Of a DNA stretch of 52,911 nucleotides, positions 32,325 to 41,715 are shown piece after piece (the stretch's first letter is position 1; each line of letters starts with the position of its first letter). Position numbers and translations under genes: made by a program. This stretch comes from a virus (taxonomy: Duplodnaviria > Caudoviricetes), in the IMG/VR virus record IMGVR_UViG_3300032242_000759, positions 1-52,911 of that record; one strand, 5' to 3'. The notes below the pieces were generated by a model. It was given only the letters and a program-made list of their open reading frames with translations. It ran no database searches and was not told the DNA's origin.

Positions 32325-34007
32325 ATGGCAACCATGGCTGAAATGAAAATGGCTCTGGCACATCGTGCTAACCCGCTTGAGATGCAAGACGTAGGCGTGG
32401 ATGAAGCGCCCAACATGAACCCAAAGATGTTTGTGTCCCCTGACAAGGGCGACATGAAAGCCCCACCACCCGGCGGCGTATCGACACCAAATGGCATGCC
32501 CATCGGCGGCATTGACACCAGCAAGCAGCAGCCCGGCCAGCAACTGATGCCCAGCCAGCCACCGCAAAGCCAACCACCGCAGCCACCCGGCCCACCTCCA
32601 CCCGGTACGGGAGCAACGCCCGGCATGGGGACAACACCCGGTGGCCCACCACCAATGGGAAATATGCTCCAGATGACACCGCAAGGCCAGACTATGTCTG
32701 CTCTTGGTGGGCCTCCACAGCCACCCGGCATGAAGACAGGCGGCGGCGTACAGAAATTCTCTGGCGGCAATCGAGTGCGTCCCAAGTTCGCCATCGCACC
32801 CGCTCAAGAGCCCGCCAAGGGCCCTGAACACTTCACGCCATACGACAAGACCAAACCAGATGTCAAAGGCCTTGCAACGGCTTTTGACGAGGCTATTGCT
32901 CACCATTTGAGCCTGCCGCCTGAAGAGCGTGCACAAAACAGTGTCCGTGCCGCTGAACGTGTGGCTGACATTGTTGGCCGCACCAGCAACGGCACCCCAA
33001 AGGACTTGCTGGGCAAGAACGAGAAGCTGAAGAAGTCCGAAAAGGGCGTGGAGGGCGAAGAGCCCATCAAGCTGCCGGATGACCGTGGCGTTGAAACAAC
33101 AGGCTTGGCTTTGGCCCCCGCCTATCGTGAAGGCAAGTTCGACACCTGCCCCAACAGCCATTCATGCAAGGCCGAGTGCTTGGGCAAGACATCGGGCAAC
33201 TACTTCAAGCTGGGCGGCGGCAAAGACTTGGAAGAGTTCAAGGGCCCACGCCTGAACAGCCTGCTCAAGACCCACGCATTCCTGCATGCGCCCCATGATT
33301 TTGCTGTCAAGCTGCACGACGAGATCAGCGATGCCAAGGCCATGGCCGCACAGAACGGCAACCACTTGGGCCTGCGCCTCAATGTGTTGTCGGACATCAA
33401 CCCACGAGTGCACAAGGCAATCATCAACGCGCACCCTGATGTGACGTTCTATGACTACACAAAAAACAACACTGACCCCATCGCGCCCAACCACCACTAC
33501 ACGTACTCCAGCACAGGTGTAAGCCAGCCCGGCGTTGAGAACCAGCACACCAACTGGAAGTCAATGCGTCGCCGCCTTGAGAACGGTGACAACGTAGCCA
33601 TGGCATTCAGCCACAACGAGCATCTGCCTGAAGAAGTGCATGACCAAGAGACTGGCAAGAAATTCAAAGTGGTCAACGGTGACACGCATGACTTCCGACC
33701 ACTTGATATTCAGCCAGAAGGCGAACATGGAGTTATTATTGGTTTGAAGAATAAAAAGGCCACAGGCAAGATCAACGAAGCACATGTTGACTCGCATGGC
33801 TTCTTTGTTCACTATGACCCGCAGTTGAAAATGGCAAAAAATAAACACGGTGCACCCGTCTACGCACGTACACCCAGCACCCGCATCAGTCCCAAGACTG
33901 GTAAGCCCATGCTTGGTGAAACGATCCCGCAGAATAGAACCGTGAACATCCAGCCACAAACTCGCGGAATGATTCACATGACCAATGACGATGGAGAAGG
34001 CGTATGA
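32325..34007 (+). CDS. Pro-rich N-terminus plus a Gp88-like (Cys-triad, radical-SAM-related) domain
   Basis: CPNSHSCKAEC (Cx5Cx3C), RLNVLSDI, FYDYTK, NGD.HDFR.LD and GVIIGLK motifs. Confidence 0.7.
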   Translation: MATMAEMKMALAHRANPLEMQDVGVDEAPNMNPKMFVSPDKGDMKAPPPGGVSTPNGMPIGGIDTSKQQPGQQLMPSQPPQSQPPQPPGPPPPGTGATPGMGTTPGGPPPMGNMLQMTPQGQTMSALGGPPQPPGMKTGGGVQKFSGGNRVRPKFAIAPAQEPAKGPEHFTPYDKTKPDVKGLATAFDEAIAHHLSLPPEERAQNSVRAAERVADIVGRTSNGTPKDLLGKNEKLKKSEKGVEGEEPIKLPDDRGVETTGLALAPAYREGKFDTCPNSHSCKAECLGKTSGNYFKLGGGKDLEEFKGPRLNSLLKTHAFLHAPHDFAVKLHDEISDAKAMAAQNGNHLGLRLNVLSDINPRVHKAIINAHPDVTFYDYTKNNTDPIAPNHHYTYSSTGVSQPGVENQHTNWKSMRRRLENGDNVAMAFSHNEHLPEEVHDQETGKKFKVVNGDTHDFRPLDIQPEGEHGVIIGLKNKKATGKINEAHVDSHGFFVHYDPQLKMAKNKHGAPVYARTPSTRISPKTGKPMLGETIPQNRTVNIQPQTRGMIHMTNDDGEGV

Positions 34008-34243
34008 GCAAGCAAAAACTGTCCGTTGAAGACTTCTACCACCAGTTCCATGGTCATGAGCACCACAATGATCCGGGCGAGTACACCAAGCCAAAGCATC
34101 ACCTGCGTAATCCCTCATTGGCATCCAAGCACAAGGGCCTTGACCTGCGTGCATTAGGTAATGCCAAGCGCAAAAAACCTGTTGTGGTTCACAAAAGCCT
34201 TGACACCATGCGCCTTGAGATGACAAAGAAAAAGGCTAAATAA
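34004..34243 (+). CDS. Small basic His-rich protein
   Basis: GGAG SD; coupled on both sides; ends SLDTMRLEMTKKKAK. Confidence 0.65.
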   Translation: MSKQKLSVEDFYHQFHGHEHHNDPGEYTKPKHHLRNPSLASKHKGLDLRALGNAKRKKPVVVHKSLDTMRLEMTKKKAK

Positions 34244-36690
34244 TGGCAGACAAAAAACAAAACGAGTATCCGATCGAAGAGCAAGACGACGGCAGTGCTG
34301 TCGTTGATCTGCCGGAGATGGATACCGAAGAACAACCAGATGGTTCGGCAATCGTCAATATTGATGATGGCCCAGAATTCAATCCCGATTTTTACGACAA
34401 CCTAGCAGACTCGATTGGCTCCAGCGAACTAAGTTCGTTATGCATGCGATACCTTGATTTGCTGGAAACCGACAAGCAGGCAAGAGAATTACGTGATAAG
34501 CAATACGAAGAAGGCATTCGACGCACTGGTATGGGCAATGATGCCCCCGGAGGTGCAACCTTTATGGGCGCATCTAAGGTTGTGCACCCTGCCATGGCTG
34601 AAGGATGCGTGGACTTTGCCGCTCGTGCAATCAAAGAGTTGTACCCACCTGATGGCCCGGTCAAGACGAAGATTATGGGTAAGATGGATGCGGCCAAGTC
34701 GGACAAGTCGGAGCGCAAGCGAGATTATCTGAACTGGCAGATCACTGAGCAGATTGAGGAATTCCGCGACGAGCAAGAGCAATTGCTGACCCAGTTACCA
34801 CTGGGCGGCTCACAATACTTCAAGCTGTGGTTTGATGAGCAAAAGAAACGCCCATGCGTGGAGTTCCTGCCCATCGATCGGGTGATCTTGCCATTTGCGG
34901 CCACCAACTTCTACACGGCGCAGCGTGCAGCCGAAGTACACGAAATCACTGAGTTTGAATTTGCCCGTCGCATCCGCACTGGCATGTACCGCGATGTCAA
35001 TTACGCCAAGGCATCGGGCACGTTGGATCAAAACAAAGTCGAGCAGGCCAACAACAAGGTTGAAGGCAAGAAGTTTGAGGACAACAAAGACGGTATCCGC
35101 AAGGTCTACCACATCTATTGCTACCTTGAACTGGAAGACGACAAGCACACCAAAGGTGAGTACGCGCCCTACATCATGATGATCGATGAACTCGACAATG
35201 AAGTAGTTGGTTTGTATCGCAACTGGGAAGAACAAGACAAGACCATGACCAAGCTGGACTGGGTCGTGGAGTTCAAGTTCATCCCATGGCGCGGTGCCTA
35301 TGCCATTGGCCTGCCACAGTTGATTGGTGGCCTCTCAGCGGCCCTTACAGGCGCTTTGCGTGCCTTGCTGGACACTGCCCACATCAACAACACAGCGACG
35401 ATGCTGAAGCTGAAAGGCGCAAAGATCAGCGGCCAGTCCCAGCAAGTTGATGTGACTCAGATCGTGGAGATTGAAGGTGCACCCGGCGTGCAGGACATTC
35501 GCCAAATTGCAATGCCCATGCCTTTCAACCCACCCAGCGATGTGCTGTTCCAATTGCTGGGTTGGCTGGACACTGCTGCCAAGAGCGTGGTCACCACCAG
35601 CGAAGAGAAGATTGCCGACATCACATCCAACACCCCAGTTGGAACCACGCAGGCTTTAATCGAGCAGGGCGCGGCTGTCTTCTCAGCAATCCATGCTCGA
35701 CTGCATGACTCTCAAGCCCGTGTGCTCAAGGTGCTGTGCCGCCTGAATCGTTGGCACTTTGATGAAATGAAGAAGGGCGATGTTGTCGCCGATCTGGAGA
35801 TCACCCGCGAAGACTTCAACAAGAACACCGATGTGGTGCCCGTCAGTGATCCGCACATCTTTTCTGAGACCCAGCGTATGGCTCAGAACCAAGCCGTGCT
35901 GGCGCTGGCCGAGAAGCATCCCGACCAGTTCAACATGGATGCGGTGCTCAGTCGCATGCTCAAGCAAATGAAGGTGCCGAACATCAATGAATTGATGAAG
36001 GATGTACCTGCACCAGAGCAACGTACCAGCGCAGACGAGAACGCTGCATTGCTCATCGGCCAACCAGCCTATGCGTACATCCAGCAAGATCACATCGCGC
36101 ACATTCAGGATCACTTGCAATTTGCATTAAACCCATTCTTGGGCCAATCTCCGTTTGCAGACCCGAACTACTTGAACAACTTGATCGAGCATTTGAAGCA
36201 ACACATGACCTTGTGGTACCTAAACCGCTCAAATGGTTACGTCGAGCAGTCCATTGGGAAGCCCGTGGACGATTACGACGATCCAAATCTTACGGCAACC
36301 ATCGACAAGGTCTACACCACGATGGGTGCTCATGTCATGCTGGACACCAACCAAGTGTTTGGTCAATTCCAACAAGCCCTGCAAACAATCGTGCAGATGG
36401 CGCAAAATAAAACTGGTGCACCTGCGCCATTGCCTCCAGATGCCCAAGTTGTCAAAGACACCAGCATGGCCGAGACACAACGCAAAACGCAAGCAGATCA
36501 GCAGAAGGCTCAATTCGACCAAGCCAAGCTGCAAGCCGACATGCAGAAATTTCAGATGGACAACCAAACAAAGATTGCCATCGAAAATGCCAAATTGACG
36601 CACGAAGCCATTCAGGCTCAGGCTCAACAACCTGCGGCACCCGCCGCGCCATCAATGCCACCTCAAGGAGAACCAAATGGCAACGTCTGA
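34243..36690 (+). CDS. Portal protein
   Basis: 815 aa after the terminase; F.GAS.VVHP...E..VDF.ARA.KEL, LPLGGS...K and ALRALLD motifs; Gln-rich barrel-like tail. Confidence 0.88.
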   Translation: MADKKQNEYPIEEQDDGSAVVDLPEMDTEEQPDGSAIVNIDDGPEFNPDFYDNLADSIGSSELSSLCMRYLDLLETDKQARELRDKQYEEGIRRTGMGNDAPGGATFMGASKVVHPAMAEGCVDFAARAIKELYPPDGPVKTKIMGKMDAAKSDKSERKRDYLNWQITEQIEEFRDEQEQLLTQLPLGGSQYFKLWFDEQKKRPCVEFLPIDRVILPFAATNFYTAQRAAEVHEITEFEFARRIRTGMYRDVNYAKASGTLDQNKVEQANNKVEGKKFEDNKDGIRKVYHIYCYLELEDDKHTKGEYAPYIMMIDELDNEVVGLYRNWEEQDKTMTKLDWVVEFKFIPWRGAYAIGLPQLIGGLSAALTGALRALLDTAHINNTATMLKLKGAKISGQSQQVDVTQIVEIEGAPGVQDIRQIAMPMPFNPPSDVLFQLLGWLDTAAKSVVTTSEEKIADITSNTPVGTTQALIEQGAAVFSAIHARLHDSQARVLKVLCRLNRWHFDEMKKGDVVADLEITREDFNKNTDVVPVSDPHIFSETQRMAQNQAVLALAEKHPDQFNMDAVLSRMLKQMKVPNINELMKDVPAPEQRTSADENAALLIGQPAYAYIQQDHIAHIQDHLQFALNPFLGQSPFADPNYLNNLIEHLKQHMTLWYLNRSNGYVEQSIGKPVDDYDDPNLTATIDKVYTTMGAHVMLDTNQVFGQFQQALQTIVQMAQNKTGAPAPLPPDAQVVKDTSMAETQRKTQADQQKAQFDQAKLQADMQKFQMDNQTKIAIENAKLTHEAIQAQAQQPAAPAAPSMPPQGEPNGNV

Positions 36691-36841
36691 CAAAGAACAA
36701 ATGAGCATCAACGTCAAACAAAACAAGCGCCTCGCTATGGGCGTTAAGTTGGACGGCACCTCGATGCAGGCCAAGGGCGAAGGCAAGGCACCTAGCAAAC
36801 CTGCTGGTGGCCTGTCCGGCTCAAAGAAACGCAATGATTGA
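36677..36841 (+). CDS. 54-aa basic protein (not in the ORF track)
   Basis: AAGGAG SD; MATSDKEQMS...KRLAMG...KKRND. Confidence 0.65.
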   Translation: MATSDKEQMSINVKQNKRLAMGVKLDGTSMQAKGEGKAPSKPAGGLSGSKKRND

Positions 36842-37013
36842 ACAACTGATCCACAGGATTAAGTTGCGTCAAGGAGAGATTCAGATGGCTTTGGCCTCTG
36901 GCTCTCCAAGTACGTGGGAATCGTATCAACGCATGGTTGGAGAACATATTGGCCTGCAAGCCTCTATGGACATGATCGATGCCATGCTTGATGAAGAAAA
37001 GAATCAAGATTAG
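36834..37013 (+). CDS. Small conserved-type protein preceding the GroES-like gene
   Basis: LASG...WESYQRMVG...GL. Confidence 0.75.
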   Translation: MIEQLIHRIKLRQGEIQMALASGSPSTWESYQRMVGEHIGLQASMDMIDAMLDEEKNQD

Positions 37014-37086
37014 TAGCCCCACTCCGGGGCGAGACCGCGCTGACTAAGCGCATAACGATGCACCTGAAATATGGTGTCAAGGAGCG

Positions 37087-37545
37087 ATGATGAGTGAGAA
37101 GTTGAAGATTGTGACTTTTGAGAGCACAAATGACACGCCAGACCCAGAAGAGTTGGCGTGGGCTTTCCCAGATGTAAATCCGGGAATGATTCCTTTGGGT
37201 GGGCGAGTAATCGTCAAACTCCGACGAATCAAAAAGAAGACAGGACGCATCGTTCTGGTTGAAGAGACCAAAGAGAACGAAAAGTGGAACAACATGATCG
37301 GCCAAGTCGTCGCGTTGGGCCCACTAGCGTACAAAAATCGTGACACCATGCAAGCATGGCCGGAAGGCTCTTGGGCGCAGGTAGGCGATTTCGTTCGAGT
37401 CCCTAAATGGGGCGGCGATCGTTGGGAGATGAAAGACCCAACGAACGAAGAGAACGAAGACCCGGTGTTGTTTATGACATTGAATGATCACGAGTTGATT
37501 GCCAAAGTCACGAGCAACCCACTTTCTTTTAAAGCCTACGTCTAA
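37087..37545 (+). CDS. groES: GroES-like co-chaperonin
   Basis: PLGGRVIV, mobile-loop G.IVL, GQVVALGP, VGDFV..KWGG and LND.ELIA motifs. Confidence 0.88.
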   Translation: MMSEKLKIVTFESTNDTPDPEELAWAFPDVNPGMIPLGGRVIVKLRRIKKKTGRIVLVEETKENEKWNNMIGQVVALGPLAYKNRDTMQAWPEGSWAQVGDFVRVPKWGGDRWEMKDPTNEENEDPVLFMTLNDHELIAKVTSNPLSFKAYV

Positions 37546-37557
37546 CAGGAGGAACAA

Positions 37558-38544
37558 ATGGCTGATCCAAAGGAAAAACAGGTTGATATAGCCGTGGTAG
37601 AGGAGCAAGATGGCTCTGCCGTGGTTGATTTGCCTGAAAATATGCTCGATGGAGTTGGAACCGACGACTCACAAGAATCAAAAGCAGACGGTGGAAGGGT
37701 ATCTGATGAAGATGCTGACCATCCAGATGACGATGATGAACTGCGTGCAGCAAAACGCAACCGCCGCCGTGCCAAAAAAGACCTGATTCGCAAAACAAAT
37801 CAGGAAAAAGATGCCCAATTGACAGCTTTGCGCCGTGAAAACGAGCAATTTAAGCAACGTCTGACCCAATTGGAGCGAAATACCAAGTCTGAACACATCA
37901 CTCGCATCGATAAGGGCATTGAAGATGCTCAAGTGCGCTTGGAATACGCCAAAATGAAGCTGGCCGAGGCCACACAAAACGGCGACGGCCAAGCAATGGT
38001 GGAAGCCCAGACACTTTGGCAATCTGCTCAAGAAGAAGCACGCAATTTGACCAAGTTGCGGAATCAAGCCGATCGTGAATTGCGCCAGCCGCAAAATAAC
38101 GATGTTGACGTGCCTGATCCGGAAGTCCAAAGGCTTGCTGCCCAATGGATGCGACGCAATAAATGGTACAACCCAACGGCTTCAGACCCTGATAGCCGTA
38201 TTGCCAAGAAAATCGATGAGGTAATGTCTACGCAAGGCTGGAATCCGACTGATCCCGATTATTGGGACGAATTAGATAGTCGCTTGCAAAAAGAGTTGCC
38301 ACACCGTTACAATGATTCCAATGACGACGAGACCCGTAATGTCAGACGACCAAGGAATGTTGTGGGAAGTGCAGGACGCGAAGCTTCAGCCGCCTATGGT
38401 GGTTCTAACCGCACCCAGTTTGTTTTATCGCCTGACCGAGTCAAAGCGATGAAAGAAGTGGGCGCGTGGGACAACCCTGAGCGCAAAGCACGAATGGTCA
38501 AGCAGTTTATTGAATTCGACCGTAACAACGGTCGCCGCAACTAA
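37558..38544 (+). CDS. Scaffolding protein
   Basis: Acidic N-terminus, long coiled coil, W..RN.W and Y..ELD.RL...P motifs; located between portal and capsid. Confidence 0.75.
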   Translation: MADPKEKQVDIAVVEEQDGSAVVDLPENMLDGVGTDDSQESKADGGRVSDEDADHPDDDDELRAAKRNRRRAKKDLIRKTNQEKDAQLTALRRENEQFKQRLTQLERNTKSEHITRIDKGIEDAQVRLEYAKMKLAEATQNGDGQAMVEAQTLWQSAQEEARNLTKLRNQADRELRQPQNNDVDVPDPEVQRLAAQWMRRNKWYNPTASDPDSRIAKKIDEVMSTQGWNPTDPDYWDELDSRLQKELPHRYNDSNDDETRNVRRPRNVVGSAGREASAAYGGSNRTQFVLSPDRVKAMKEVGAWDNPERKARMVKQFIEFDRNNGRRN

Positions 38545-38561
38545 TCTAAGGGGAAAATATT

Positions 38562-39107
38562 ATGGAATCTCGTCTCAAAAAATCTCTCAGTGCTGGTGGC
38601 CGCAATGATCGCGCAAGCGAGGACGCTACCCGCCAAGCACCGGAAGAAAAGTTCATTTCTAGGCAGGAACGTCGCAAGATGTGGAGCGAGGAATGGACGC
38701 AATCAGCATTGCCAAAACTGCCCGAAATCGACGGGTGGCACCTTTGCTGGCTTTCAACAACCAATAGCTACGATAGCATCGATAAGCGGATTCGCCTTGG
38801 GTACGTTCCAGTTAAGTCTGAAGAGATACCCGGCTATGAAGATTACCGTGTGAAGTCGGGTGAGCATGTTGGCTATATTTCTTGCAACGAAATGTTGTTG
38901 TTCAAGTTGCCGATGGATATTTTTCAGGAAATTATGTTGTCAATGCACCATGATCAACCTCGTGAGGAAGCGGAGAAAATCCGAATCCAAGTCGAAAATC
39001 TCCAAGGTCAACGTGATAGCAATGGTCGTTCGCTTGTGAATGTTGAGGGTGAAGGTATTGGCTCTATTGAAAAGCAACCAAACCGTAACCCCGTATTTGC
39101 GGGATAA
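38562..39107 (+). CDS. Head-associated protein
   Basis: P..DGW..CW..T...R.RLGY.PV...LL.KLP; in the capsid module. Confidence 0.65.
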   Translation: MESRLKKSLSAGGRNDRASEDATRQAPEEKFISRQERRKMWSEEWTQSALPKLPEIDGWHLCWLSTTNSYDSIDKRIRLGYVPVKSEEIPGYEDYRVKSGEHVGYISCNEMLLFKLPMDIFQEIMLSMHHDQPREEAEKIRIQVENLQGQRDSNGRSLVNVEGEGIGSIEKQPNRNPVFAG

Positions 39108-39125
39108 CAATCAAGGAGTTTGACT

Positions 39126-39722
39126 ATGTCAGCAACAAATGCTCCGTTTGGCTTGCGCCCTGCGTTCCATCCCTCTGGTCTGGATCGCGCTCAGGCGTTA
39201 GCTGGCGGCATCGTTTCGGGGTATACCTCGAACATTCTCAAGGGTCAACCCGTTCAGTACGGTACGACTGCAAATAGCGGTACTTTAGGTACCATCGTCA
39301 TCGCCGCCAATACTGGCGCGTGGGTAGGCGCTTTTGCAGGTGTGCAATGGACTGATACGACTGGCCGTGCACGTATCTCCAACTACTGGCCTGCAAACAC
39401 TGCGTACACCGCAGGTACTTGCGTGGCTTATTTCTACAACGATCAAAACATCGTTTATGAAATTCAGTCGGATGCAACGATTGCACAAACGTCAATTGGT
39501 AACGAGTACAACTTCAGCAACATTGCCGCTGGTTCCACAACCACTGGTTTGTCGCAAGCGACTTTGGGCGTGTCCACTGCTGTGGGTAACGGCCAACAAG
39601 GTCAAATGCGTGTTGTCGATATTGCACCGTATCCTGACAACAACTGGGGCGACGCTTACGTTATTGTTCGTGTCGTATGTGCTAACTCGCAATTCTTCGG
39701 TGCTGTCACCGCGATTGCTTAA
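39126..39722 (+). CDS. Capsid decoration / cement-like protein
   Basis: NAPFGLRP start, G.F.GV...D and D.NIVYEIQ.D motifs; directly before the major capsid gene. Confidence 0.7.
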   Translation: MSATNAPFGLRPAFHPSGLDRAQALAGGIVSGYTSNILKGQPVQYGTTANSGTLGTIVIAANTGAWVGAFAGVQWTDTTGRARISNYWPANTAYTAGTCVAYFYNDQNIVYEIQSDATIAQTSIGNEYNFSNIAAGSTTTGLSQATLGVSTAVGNGQQGQMRVVDIAPYPDNNWGDAYVIVRVVCANSQFFGAVTAIA

Positions 39723-39740
39723 TTTAAGGGAGCATAAATT

Positions 39741-40655
39741 ATGGCCGCCCCAATGCGTAGTACGGACTTCCGTTCAATTGTCGAACCCATCTTGAATGAG
39801 TGCTTTGACGGAGTCTATGACCAACGTGCCGACGAGTGGAGCCGTGTGTTCCGCGAAGAAGACGGCATTCCACGTAACTACCACGAAGAACCCGTCTTGT
39901 ACGGTTTCGGTGCCGCACCTCAGTTACCTGACGGTACGCCCGTGACCTACCAACAAGGTGGTGTCCTCTTCTTGAAACGCTACCTGTACAAAGTGTACGG
40001 CTTGGCATTTGCTTTGACCAAAGTCTTGGTTGAAGACGGTGACCACATCCGTATCGGTCAGGTATATGCACGCCACTTGGCTCAATCCTTGGTGGAAACC
40101 AAAGAATTGCTGGCCGCTAACGTGCTGAACACAGCGTTCAACAGTGCCTATCCCGGTGGCGACGGCGTGCCTTTGATCAGCACAGCCCACCCAATCGTGA
40201 ACGGTACTTTCAGCAACCAACTGTCCACTGCTGCCAACTTGTCCCAGACTTCTCTGGAGCAAATGTTGATCCAAGTGCGTCAGGCTGTTGACAACAACGG
40301 CAAGAAGATTCGTTTGGTGCCCCGTCAATTGATCGTGGCTCCCGGCAACATTTTCCAAGCTGAAGTTTTGTTGAAGAGTGTGTTGCGTACTGGTAATGCA
40401 AACAACGACATCAACCCCGTCAAGTCTATCGGCTTGTTGGACGAAGGTGCCGCAGTTCTGTCTCGCTTGACTAACCCAAGCGCATGGTGGGTTCAGACCG
40501 ACGCTCCAGAAGGCTTTAAGCTTCTGATGCGCCGTCGTCTGGAGAAGACCATGGAAGGTGACTTCGAGACCGACACAATGCGTTACAAGGCCACTGAGCG
40601 TTACGACCTTGGGTTCACAGACCCACGTTGCGCTTACGGTACTTACGGCGTGTAA
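39741..40655 (+). CDS. Major capsid protein (HK97 fold, Mu gpT-like)
   Basis: EE...GFG.A...G..V.Y, YGLAF.LT...EDG, P..LIV.P and EGDF.T...RYKA.ERY..G..DPR motifs; followed by a terminator. Confidence 0.9.
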   Translation: MAAPMRSTDFRSIVEPILNECFDGVYDQRADEWSRVFREEDGIPRNYHEEPVLYGFGAAPQLPDGTPVTYQQGGVLFLKRYLYKVYGLAFALTKVLVEDGDHIRIGQVYARHLAQSLVETKELLAANVLNTAFNSAYPGGDGVPLISTAHPIVNGTFSNQLSTAANLSQTSLEQMLIQVRQAVDNNGKKIRLVPRQLIVAPGNIFQAEVLLKSVLRTGNANNDINPVKSIGLLDEGAAVLSRLTNPSAWWVQTDAPEGFKLLMRRRLEKTMEGDFETDTMRYKATERYDLGFTDPRCAYGTYGV

Positions 40656-40660
40656 GAGAC

Positions 40661-40693
40661 AAGGGGGGCAGGATAAAACCTCCCCCCTTTTTT
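40661..40693 (+). terminator. Intrinsic terminator after the major capsid gene
   Basis: AAGGGGGG...CCCCCCTT stem followed by a T run. Confidence 0.8.
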
Positions 40694-40729
40694 GTTTAAT
40701 GTTTCGTCAACTTTTCATGGAGAAAGACG

Positions 40730-41704
40730 ATGCCTCAATTTTCTGATGACCTATTTTTAGGCCCTGCCCAAACGTACATGGGCACTGGCTTGAACCAAAC
40801 TGAAGCGGTGATGACTGGTTCCATTTCTGGCACCTCAATGAACATCACTGCCGTTTTGTCCGGCGAGCCCATTGTGTTGGGTCAATTTGTTGGCGGTACT
40901 GGTGGCGGCGGCGTATCTGCTGGTACTTATGTCACAGCATTTGGCACTGGCTCTGGTGGCGTTGGCACCTACACGGTGAACAACTCACAAACTGTGACAA
41001 GCACAACCCTGACATTTTCCGGTGACGGTGGCCTTGGTGATCCTTCGCCAATGGACTTGGGTGTTGGCCCTCTGGGTCGCACTTACATTTGGGATTGCGT
41101 GCCTCAAGCATTGCAAACCGCAAACATCGCCGCATCGCAAACTGCATCTGGCGCAGGCGCTATCACTTTGACTGCTGGCACTTCTGCCAAGTCTGTGGTT
41201 CGTGCCGACGGTACAACTGTGATCCAGTTGAACTCTCCTCGCGCACTGCAAGTGAACACTTCTACCACTGCTCGTACAGTGACCATCAGCGGCTACGACT
41301 ACTTCGGTCAAGCAATGACTGAAGCAATCACTGTGGCAACTGCTGGTACTGCCAAGTCTGGCAAGAAAGCGTTTTACCAAATTGTCAGCGCAACCATCAG
41401 CGGCTCTGCTACCGCAGTGACCATTGGCACCACCGACATCCTTGGTTTGCCAGTCCGTGTGATCGACGCAGGCTACGTGGTGAAAGTTGGCTGGAACAAC
41501 ACTTTGGCGCAAGACGCTGGCACTTTTGTTGTGGCCGATATGACCAACCCAGCAACCAGCACCACTGGTGATGTTCGCGGTACATACACTCCATCTTCAG
41601 CTTCTGATGGTTCCAAGCGTTTGGTGATGACTATCGCCTTGCCTGCAATTGCCGTCGGCCCCAATGCAACTCGCACTGGTGCTCTTGGCGTAACCCAAGC
41701 CTAA
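40730..41704 (+). CDS. Virion structural protein (Thr/Gly-rich)
   Basis: TISGYD..GQ..TE.I...GKKAF and [11 protein letters not shown]...DG motifs; follows the major capsid gene. Confidence 0.7.
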   Translation: MPQFSDDLFLGPAQTYMGTGLNQTEAVMTGSISGTSMNITAVLSGEPIVLGQFVGGTGGGGVSAGTYVTAFGTGSGGVGTYTVNNSQTVTSTTLTFSGDGGLGDPSPMDLGVGPLGRTYIWDCVPQALQTANIAASQTASGAGAITLTAGTSAKSVVRADGTTVIQLNSPRALQVNTSTTARTVTISGYDYFGQAMTEAITVATAGTAKSGKKAFYQIVSATISGSATAVTIGTTDILGLPVRVIDAGYVVKVGWNNTLAQDAGTFVVADMTNPATSTTGDVRGTYTPSSASDGSKRLVMTIALPAIAVGPNATRTGALGVTQA

Positions 41705-41715
41705 GGAGAGCAACC

